A DNA stretch of 36,922 nt, from positions 1-36,922 of IMG/VR virus record IMGVR_UViG_3300009537_000075; one strand, written 5' to 3'. This stretch comes from a virus. Positions 26,947 to 32,737 of the stretch are shown one piece after another (position 1 is the first letter of the stretch; every line of letters begins with the position of its first letter). The translations under genes and the position numbers were made by a program. The notes under the pieces are model-generated. The model did not search any database, was not told where the DNA came from, and was given only the letters and a program-made list of their open reading frames with translations.

Positions 26947-27285
26947 ATGGCAACTATTAATGCTATAAATACCGGAAAGCCGATAGAGGTTGCAAGTGGT
27001 GGGACTGGTGTAGCTTCTATAACGGCCTACACGGTTATTTGCGGTGGAACAACAGCAACAGATCCAGTACAACCAATCGCATCTGTAGGATCTGCGACTC
27101 AAGTTCTTACTTCGAACGGAGTAGGCGCCCTTCCATCTTTTCAGGCAGCTCCTGCAACTTCCATGGAATTTCAAATACTAGCATCTGATCCCGGCTCTCC
27201 TTCGGCAGGACAAGTATGGTTCAACACAACGAGTAATACATTTAAAGGATATAATGGAGCTATTGTCACTTTCACCGTGACATAG
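26947..27285 (+). CDS. Short fibre-tip/adaptor protein (112 aa)
   Basis: RBS TAAGGAAAAA. MATINAINTGKPIEVASGGTGVASITAY...QVLTSNGVGALPSFQ has the GGTG fibre motif. It is colinear with both ends of the next gene. Confidence 0.7.
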   Translation: MATINAINTGKPIEVASGGTGVASITAYTVICGGTTATDPVQPIASVGSATQVLTSNGVGALPSFQAAPATSMEFQILASDPGSPSAGQVWFNTTSNTFKGYNGAIVTFTVT

Positions 27286-27292
27286 GAGTGTG

Positions 27293-28504
27293 ATGGCAAC
27301 CATAAATAAAATTAATAGTTCCCTTCCTATAGAAATATCATTTGGTGGTACCGAAAATTCATCCTTGATTTCGTATGCTGTTATTTGCGGAGGGACGACA
27401 CCAACAAGCCCGCTTCAACAAGTTGCGTCTGTTGGATCATCTGGAGAAGTTTTAACATCAGAGGGTGCCGCAACACTTCCTATATTTAGAGATCTTCCAA
27501 CATTTTTTCAACCACTTGCTTCTGATCCAGCGAGTCCTTCTATTGGTGATGTATGGTTCAATACCACTACTAACTTATTTAAAGGAGCAATTGACAGCGG
27601 AGGAGCTGGTGCGTGGGTTATAAAAGCTAACCTTAATAGAGGTATCCGCGGAAACCTGATGTTTGGCACAGAAAATGACTGCATAAGTGCATGCGGATCT
27701 ACTGGCACTCCAAGAAGGTTTACGGAGCGATATAATTTAATTGCTGATTCTTGGACTTCCAAGTCACTAACGATTACAGCACGATTTGAAGGTGGTGCGG
27801 GTGGCCTCCCTGACTCCGGCGGAATATTTGGGGGAACCCTTACTAGTGGATCGCCAACTGGCTTAGCAGAAAGATATGACGGCATAGGAGATGCTTGGAG
27901 TGCTACTGCCAATATGCCCGTTCCGCGAACTTCGTTAGCCGGAGCTGGATCTACAGCTAACGATTGGCTCGCTTTTGGTGGCAGAAGTGGAGGCACCGCA
28001 TTTGATAATGTTCAACGATATGATGGCATAGGAAATTCGTGGGCAACGAAAGCTAATCTATTGCAACCTCGTCAGTTTCCTGCAGGGGGTGGTTCTGCTG
28101 GAGATGCAATGGCTTTTACTGGTAGAAGTTCTGGTGGAATCGATCTATCAACTACCGAACGCTATGATGGCGTCGGAGATTCCTGGTCTCTAAAAGCAAA
28201 TATTAATACTCCGCGAAATCAAGGAGGCGGGGGTGGCCAGTCTGGAGGTTCGGTACTTTCGTTTGGAGGGTCTCCAACCGGCCCAGTAAGTATAAGTTCA
28301 CGTACTGAAGAATACGATGGGATAGCAAATACATGGACAATCCGTACTGGTATGAATAACGCAAGGTCTTCAAATGGAGGCACAGGATCTTCGGGAACAG
28401 GAGGCATAACAGCGGGTGGAATAACAACACTAACAGGATTTAGTGATTCTACAGAAGTATATGGTGGTTCTCCTCCAACTATCGTGACATTCACCGTTGT
28501 ATAA
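27293..28504 (+). CDS. Fibre-tip protein with six-blade Kelch-like beta-propeller (403 aa)
   Basis: ATG 27293 after AGGAG (the track's GTG 27290 is too close to the RBS). The N-terminal ~98 aa are paralogous to 26947..27285. Six repeats of about 48 aa follow, of form R....G.G....L.FGG........ERYDGIGD.W....N...P. Confidence 0.75.
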   Translation: MATINKINSSLPIEISFGGTENSSLISYAVICGGTTPTSPLQQVASVGSSGEVLTSEGAATLPIFRDLPTFFQPLASDPASPSIGDVWFNTTTNLFKGAIDSGGAGAWVIKANLNRGIRGNLMFGTENDCISACGSTGTPRRFTERYNLIADSWTSKSLTITARFEGGAGGLPDSGGIFGGTLTSGSPTGLAERYDGIGDAWSATANMPVPRTSLAGAGSTANDWLAFGGRSGGTAFDNVQRYDGIGNSWATKANLLQPRQFPAGGGSAGDAMAFTGRSSGGIDLSTTERYDGVGDSWSLKANINTPRNQGGGGGQSGGSVLSFGGSPTGPVSISSRTEEYDGIANTWTIRTGMNNARSSNGGTGSSGTGGITAGGITTLTGFSDSTEVYGGSPPTIVTFTVV

Positions 28505-28516
28505 CAGTAGGATTTT

Positions 28517-29131
28517 ATGGATCGATTTAAATATCTCTCAAGCGCGCTTGGATCAACAGATGTTGATAAGCTCACGAGCATCAAATCAGAACTACAAGAC
28601 AGTTGGAATAAAGCCCAAGTATTTAGAACGGAGACTGAAGCGCGTGTTGGAGTTTTAAACATCTTTAAATTTCCTACAAAAGGTGCACAATATTGGCAAT
28701 CGGTTCGTGAACAATCAGCACAGTTTGATGAGCTTGTTGCGTTGTCATTTGAATTAAGAAGAAAAAAGATAGATCTCGAAGAATTGAAAGAAGAGATCAA
28801 AAACTGCACAGGCTATGAACTTGCGAGAAAGGAAGTTGATTTGGATGAGCTCCTCTTTCAAATTGCATGTGGGGAAAAGATTGCCCGAGATCGCGTGAGA
28901 GAGATTCTTCAGTGGTCGGAAATAAAAAAAGAGTTAAATGATGGTTCTTTTGATGACAAAAACGCAAATACACACCAACGAGAGTCTTTGTTTCGGAGCG
29001 CCCTAAAGAGAGCGCAGGTGGCGAATGATGAAATGACATCTGAAGAAAAGCTTTCTATTCAGGGTATTTTGTATCAATTGAAAGATGACGCCTCAAATCA
29101 AAAAATCCTTGAAAGCATTAAAAAGAAGTAA
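28517..29131 (+). CDS. Hypothetical helical/coiled-coil protein (204 aa)
   Basis: RBS TAGGA. Charged helical sequence (ELRRKKIDLEELKEEIKN). No family recognised. Confidence 0.6.
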   Translation: MDRFKYLSSALGSTDVDKLTSIKSELQDSWNKAQVFRTETEARVGVLNIFKFPTKGAQYWQSVREQSAQFDELVALSFELRRKKIDLEELKEEIKNCTGYELARKEVDLDELLFQIACGEKIARDRVREILQWSEIKKELNDGSFDDKNANTHQRESLFRSALKRAQVANDEMTSEEKLSIQGILYQLKDDASNQKILESIKKK

Positions 29132-29139
29132 AGGAATAC

Positions 29140-29469
29140 ATGAATATATTACCTTCTTCGATACGTTTTATAAAAAATGTAGAAGATATGGATAATGCAT
29201 CCGGCAATATATTCAATCTTCGTCCGGTTACGTTTGAGCATATTCAATCCGTATCAGATATTAGAAAATATGGACTTGTTGCGGAAGAGGTTGAAAAAGT
29301 AATGCCCAGCCTTGTCTTATATGATAAGTCAGAAAGCCCAGAATCGGTTCGTTATCACGAATTGCCGGTCTTATTGTTAAATGAGCTAAAGAAATTGTCC
29401 GCGAAAGTGAAGAAATTAGAAGAAACTATTTCTAAATGTTGTTGCCAGGAGAAATGCCATGAAATTTAA
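29140..29469 (+). CDS. Free-standing Peptidase_S74-like intramolecular-chaperone domain protein (109 aa)
   Basis: SSIRFIKNVEDMDNASGNIFNLRPVTF......YGLVAEEVEKVMPSLVLYD....ESVRYHELPVLLLNELKKLSAKVKKLEE matches the S74 consensus (SDrrlK..i....l..LrpvtY....GfiAQEve.v.PelV....v.Y..l..lli.aikeL). The Ser7-Lys12 spacing equals the catalytic dyad spacing. Confidence 0.75.
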   Translation: MNILPSSIRFIKNVEDMDNASGNIFNLRPVTFEHIQSVSDIRKYGLVAEEVEKVMPSLVLYDKSESPESVRYHELPVLLLNELKKLSAKVKKLEETISKCCCQEKCHEI

Positions 29470-29518
29470 TACGATGTGGTTCAAAATAGCATCCATTGTT
29501 ATTGTTGCGTGCCAATAA
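29459..29518 (+). pseudogene. 5' fragment (19 codons) of a split small membrane-protein gene
   Basis: RBS AGGAGA, ATG 29459, translation MKFNTMWFKIASIVIVACQ*. Codons 7-17 are encoded by the 33-bp repeat, which recurs in frame at 30411. Confidence 0.55.
29476..29508 (+). repeat. 33-bp perfect direct repeat, left copy
   Basis: GTGGTTCAAAATAGCATCCATTGTTATTGTTGC is identical to 30411..30443. Confidence 0.95.
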
Positions 29519-29840
29519 GGTGAAAATTGCCCTGTTTTTCTCCACCATACAGAAAGCGTTTGTAAGTTTTTCCGGTATCATCGGTTGAAATATATTGTAG
29601 AGATCTTATTTCGTTTTTTGTGTTTCGTAGGGGAATAACGAGGGATGGGTACCCCTGAGGATTTAAACCAAAACGTATTTCGGGTGTAGGTTCTATACCC
29701 TTTTGTTTTGTATAGCGAATATAGTCGTTTGATGGTGGGATTATGTCATAGTTATTCCATAGTTGTAGAGCCTTTTGTGCCGTCTTATCGCATACTTGTT
29801 TTCTTTGTCGTTCTGCGATTTCCTTCTGTTTAAGGAACAA
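29499..29840 (-). pseudogene. N-terminal fragment of a TraC/P4-alpha-like (DUF7146-Toprim type) primase
   Basis: AQKALQLWNN....YIRYTKQKGIEPTPEIRFG....YPSLVIPLRN..NEIRSLQYISTDD.GKTYKRFLYGGEKQGNFHLIG follows the pre-Toprim region of these primases and stops just where the Toprim domain should begin. The stop lies inside the 33-bp repeat. The only in-frame start is TTG, with an out-of-frame ATG upstream. Confidence 0.45.
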
Positions 29841-29871
29841 CCGATGAAGTTCTTTTTTTTTGCTTCATCCA

Positions 29872-30105
29872 TCATTGATTTTCCGCTGTGCTTCCGTCTC
29901 TTATATGATTTTTAATCCAGTTGATAACGCTTTCCTTGGGATACATAACTCGTCGTCCAAACTTGATCCATGGAGGAGAGGTGCCTCGTACTCGTGACAG
30001 ATAGACAGAGTTGTTACTTGGATATAATCCAAGGGAAACAAGGTTCTCTGAGCTCAAGAATTCAGGCATTCCTTCAAATCGAGGGATTTTTTGTTTTTCT
30101 TGCAT
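29872..30105 (-). CDS. AlpA/excisionase-family helix-turn-helix protein (77 aa)
   Basis: RBS AAGGAGA. FLSSENLVSLGLYPSNNSVYLSRVRGTSPPWIKFGRRVMYPKESVINWIK fits the HTH_17/MerR-type excisionase pattern. Confidence 0.65.
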   Translation of the reverse strand: MQEKQKIPRFEGMPEFLSSENLVSLGLYPSNNSVYLSRVRGTSPPWIKFGRRVMYPKESVINWIKNHIRDGSTAENQ

Positions 30106-30336
30106 GGGATCTCCTTTCGAAGATTCCTATGAAGGTTGAAGAGGGTCATTCTCGGTTTGTGTATGTATTTGTACACATACGAAGAATGAGGTAAGATGAG
30201 GATACACTTGTTGGTGGGTATATCCCACAACTTTGGAAGCTAGCGAGCTACAACTTGCTGGCTTCCGCTTATCTTCAGACTCTCATTAGGAATCTCTGAT
30301 TAATAAGATATTTATGTAATTCATCATTCTTTTCCT

Positions 30337-30594
30337 TTGTCCACGATTTCCAGGTTTGTTGCAGTACTTGTGGAGTTACCTTTACATGTATTGCATCGCT
30401 CGCTCTTGCAGTGGTTCAAAATAGCATCCATTGTTATTGTTGCCGCAATTGGTATAGGATCACGCTATTTCTTTAAAGGAAAAACAGATAACATCATCGA
30501 AGAAGCTGCTGAAAAGATAATTGAGGAGAAAACCGGGAGAGACATAGATCTTTCTCCAAGTACCCCAGAAAAAAAACGACGCCACATTAAATAA
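30337..30594 (+). CDS. 3' portion of the split small membrane-protein gene (TM helix plus charged tail), with a possible new N-terminal extension
   Basis: The ORF is open from TTG 30337. From 30412 it encodes WFKIASIVIVAAIGIGSRYFFKGKTDNIIEEAAEKIIEEKTGRDIDLSPSTPEKKRRHIK. The true start is uncertain. Confidence 0.45.
   Translation: MSTISRFVAVLVELPLHVLHRSLLQWFKIASIVIVAAIGIGSRYFFKGKTDNIIEEAAEKIIEEKTGRDIDLSPSTPEKKRRHIK
30411..30443 (+). repeat. 33-bp perfect direct repeat, right copy
   Basis: Identical to 29476..29508 and in the same reading frame. Confidence 0.95.
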
Positions 30595-30597
30595 GAA

Positions 30598-30627
30598 CTG
30601 CGCCTGAATAAATAACTTCAGGCGCAG
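30598..30627. terminator. Bidirectional terminator-like hairpin between convergent genes
   Basis: Perfect 11-bp stem CTGCGCCTGAA (30598-30608) with TTCAGGCGCAG (30617-30627), 8-nt loop. It lies between 30594(+) and 30655(-). Confidence 0.6.
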
Positions 30628-30654
30628 CCATTAAGCAGTGGAGTTTTTTAATAT

Positions 30655-30906
30655 TTAACGAGCTTCTTTTAATAAATAAACATCTAAGCACCGCTTCACA
30701 AAATGCTCTTTCATCCAAAATTCACCGAGGGACGACTCTAAAAACTCTCCTAGTGTTACCCACCTGGAAAACCCAAATCGTCTAACCTGGATGAAATATG
30801 TTGGCATTCGTCCACCAACTTTCCAGATGGTTCCTACGGGATGTCTATCGTGAATGGTTGGTTGTTTTGTGTGAACAATTATGGAGGCTCTCATAGTAAC
30901 CCCCAT
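30655..30906 (-). CDS. Hypothetical protein (83 aa)
   Basis: Last gene of the minus-strand early operon, downstream of erf. The start could instead be the internal ATG (MRASIIV). Confidence 0.5.
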   Translation of the reverse strand: MGVTMRASIIVHTKQPTIHDRHPVGTIWKVGGRMPTYFIQVRRFGFSRWVTLGEFLESSLGEFWMKEHFVKRCLDVYLLKEAR

Positions 30907-30918
30907 TTTTTTGATTTG

Positions 30919-31662
30919 TCATCTTCTTCCCTTCCTGAGTTCTTTAATCTCTCTAATTCGCTTGATGGTAACCATGTATTTTGATTTTGGCAAATCTGCT
31001 AATGATTGCAGTTGGAGCTTATCAAGGACTTCTTCTACGAGGTCTTCTGCGTCAGCGAGTTCGTATTCCAGTTCTTCGAGTTGTTCTTTGGTGACCGTCT
31101 CAGGGCTCTCTTGTTTAGGATTGTAGGCATTTGATGGGCCTTTTGCGATAATATCACGAGCAGGTATCATGGCGACTTCGGCGTCATCGTCGGTGGAGTC
31201 CTGGGATACGGTAACTCCCAGGAGGGCCATTGCAGCATATCTTTTATGGTAGCTCATGGTAGAGCCATATGTTTGTGCATCATTTTTAGCCGGTACAATG
31301 CGATTACGAGCTTCGAGCCACTGTCCGCTTGAGTGCATGAGTTTAGAGTGGAGCATCGTGGCTCCTTCTTTGGTGATCTGTGTTTGCTGGATGAAGGCAA
31401 GACTGTTCTTTGCCAATGCAGGACGAACAGCTTTCATTATGGCATCGAGATCTGCGTAGCCAGATTTAAAGTAGGGATTCTCCCGGTTAAATCCGACTGA
31501 TTTATATTCGCCTTGCGCTTTTGCCAATGCCTGTGCGAGTTCGTTTATGTTTTCGGACGAATAGGCCGTTTCTTTTTCGAAAGAGGAGAGAGCGGCAATT
31601 TGGCGAGATAGTTTAGCAATTGCATCAAGGATTGTGGTGTATTCGAATGTTTTATCTTCCAC
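30919..31662 (-). CDS. erf: ERF-family single-strand annealing recombinase
   Basis: 247 aa. LAKAQGEYKSVGFNRENPYFKSGYADLDAIMKAVRPALAKNSL...MLHSKLMHSSGQW...AQTYGSTMSYHKRYAAMALLGV...DDDAE matches the ERF core motifs. Confidence 0.8.
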   Translation of the reverse strand: MEDKTFEYTTILDAIAKLSRQIAALSSFEKETAYSSENINELAQALAKAQGEYKSVGFNRENPYFKSGYADLDAIMKAVRPALAKNSLAFIQQTQITKEGATMLHSKLMHSSGQWLEARNRIVPAKNDAQTYGSTMSYHKRYAAMALLGVTVSQDSTDDDAEVAMIPARDIIAKGPSNAYNPKQESPETVTKEQLEELEYELADAEDLVEEVLDKLQLQSLADLPKSKYMVTIKRIREIKELRKGRR

Positions 31663-31838
31663 TAGAGCACCCCGTATGAGTTTTTTTGTTTTCTTTTTAT
31701 TTCTTTTATTTCTGCTTGCAGGGACTTCATAATCTTTTCATGAGCGCCCATTACGATCTCTATGTCATTCATTATTTTCATGAGGTCTACGATCTGTTCT
31801 TGGAGAAGATCGTGCTTTGTTAGTTTCTTTTCTTTCAT
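31662..31838 (-). CDS. Hypothetical coiled-coil protein (58 aa)
   Basis: ATG 31838 is preceded by AAGGTG. The GTG at 31847 given by the track is less likely. Confidence 0.5.
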   Translation of the reverse strand: MKEKKLTKHDLLQEQIVDLMKIMNDIEIVMGAHEKIMKSLQAEIKEIKRKQKNSYGVL

Positions 31839-31843
31839 GGTTA

Positions 31844-32110
31844 TCACCTTTTAGCATCAAATTTGGACGCTACTGCACGTTCTCGAGCTTCCATGTATAT
31901 TTCGACGAGAGAATCTATGTTTCGCGTAAACTCTTTCTCATGGGCAAGAGCGTCTCGTTCTAGTTGTTGAAGTTCTCGAAAAAGAGAAAGGGCTGCATAA
32001 TAAATATCGTCCCATCCCGAATCTTTCTTTTTTGCCTGTTTATAAGCCACTTGCAGTTCCCGTATCATATGTTTTAGTGATTGGACTTCTTTACTGACTA
32101 CCTTTTTCAT
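31844..32110 (-). CDS. Hypothetical helical protein (88 aa)
   Basis: ATG 32110 is preceded by AAGGAAA. The longer track ORF (to 32227) would overlap the upstream zinc-finger gene. Confidence 0.55.
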   Translation of the reverse strand: MKKVVSKEVQSLKHMIRELQVAYKQAKKKDSGWDDIYYAALSLFRELQQLERDALAHEKEFTRNIDSLVEIYMEARERAVASKFDAKR

Positions 32111-32120
32111 TACTATTTCC

Positions 32121-32300
32121 TTAGTTTTCGAGAATCTCCGGTTCAAAAAATGGATGTTGGTCTTCGTAATAACCCCAGGACTCAGCGCATGCGTGTGAAC
32201 AAAATTCTTCTGGCTGATCTCTTTCAAATTTTATTGTCTCGAGGCCAAGCTCGCTATGACAAAATTCGCAGGTTTTGTATGGAAAGTCTTTTATTCTCAT
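32121..32300 (-). CDS. Small FCS/TRASH-like zinc-ribbon protein (59 aa)
   Basis: ATG 32300 is preceded by AAAGGTG. Motif is CEFC...x19...FCSHAC. Confidence 0.55.
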   Translation of the reverse strand: MRIKDFPYKTCEFCHSELGLETIKFERDQPEEFCSHACAESWGYYEDQHPFFEPEILEN

Positions 32301-32347
32301 ATGCACCTTTCGTTAGGGAAGGGCGCACGAGGCGCCCCCCTGTTGTA

Positions 32348-32464
32348 TTAGCGTCGTACTGAGACGCTCTGTTTTGGAGTCTTATCTCCCTTGTTTACTT
32401 TATCGGTAGGAGGAAAAGCAAGCAACGGGGTGCTTAAGAAAACAAGAATAAGGAGTTTTTTCAT
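32348..32464 (-). CDS. 38-aa secreted peptide (MKKLLILVFLSTPLLAFPPTDKVNKGDKTPKQSVSVRR)
   Basis: ATG 32464 with SD AGGA. Its 22-nt initiation region is identical to that of the 36462 gene. The track ORF extended to 32578 is an in-frame upstream artefact. Confidence 0.5.
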   Translation of the reverse strand: MKKLLILVFLSTPLLAFPPTDKVNKGDKTPKQSVSVRR

Positions 32465-32489
32465 AATCGTCCTTGTGTTGCTGAGCGCT

Positions 32490-32648
32490 CTAGGCGCCCA
32501 GTGGTTTATAATATTCAGCGTTTTTTCTGTAGTAAGCAGCTTCTTCACATTTATATGAGCAGAAATATTTAGCGCCATCTTTATCCATGCGTACCACGCT
32601 AACTTTTTTGTCTTGTTTGCATTCTTGGCAGATCGTTGTGTTTTTCAT
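32490..32648 (-). CDS. Small FCS/TRASH-like zinc-ribbon protein (52 aa), below the ORF-track cutoff
   Basis: ATG 32648 is preceded by AAAGGA. Translation is MKNTTICQECKQDKKVSVVRMDKDGAKYFCSYKCEEAAYYRKNAEYYKPLGA. It is the first gene of the leftward operon. Confidence 0.55.
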   Translation of the reverse strand: MKNTTICQECKQDKKVSVVRMDKDGAKYFCSYKCEEAAYYRKNAEYYKPLGA

Positions 32649-32687
32649 AATCGTCCTTTGAGTTTTATTCTTTGCTCTTGACTTATT

Positions 32688-32715
32688 AATATGGTATAAT
32701 ATTATTATATTAATG
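32688..32715 (+). promoter_or_regulatory. Rightward early promoter
   Basis: TTGACT (32688-32693), 16-nt spacer, TATTAT (32710-32715). There is also an extended -10 TGgTATAAT at 32702-32710. It lies 25 nt upstream of the HTH gene. Confidence 0.5.
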
Positions 32716-32729
32716 TCAAGCGTTTCGAA
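32701..32729 (-). promoter_or_regulatory. Leftward early promoter candidate, overlapping the rightward one
   Basis: Minus strand: TTGACA (32729-32724), 17-nt spacer, TACCAT (32706-32701). Confidence 0.35.
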
Positions 32730-32737
32730 AGGAAAAA

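Larger units (their letters stand above)
29476..30443. mobile_element. Putative inserted cassette (satellite/plasmid-like remnant) bounded by 33-bp direct repeats
   Basis: A 935-bp repeat-to-repeat unit, transcribed opposite to its flanks. It carries an AlpA-like HTH gene plus a truncated primase gene and interrupts an otherwise continuous 66-codon ORF. Confidence 0.45.

Noticed and set aside
18376-28504. Diversity-generating retroelement targeting a fibre gene.
   Set aside because: No reverse transcriptase ORF exists anywhere in the genome. I found no template/variable repeat pair with adenine-specific differences. The repeats seen are ordinary paralogous modules.
30106-30336. Possible tRNA fragment or att site with an integrase remnant next to the AlpA-like gene.
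   Set aside because: There is no tRNA-like structure and no integrase-like ORF or fragment in any frame. Only the palindrome and hairpin reported as a low-interest finding were seen.
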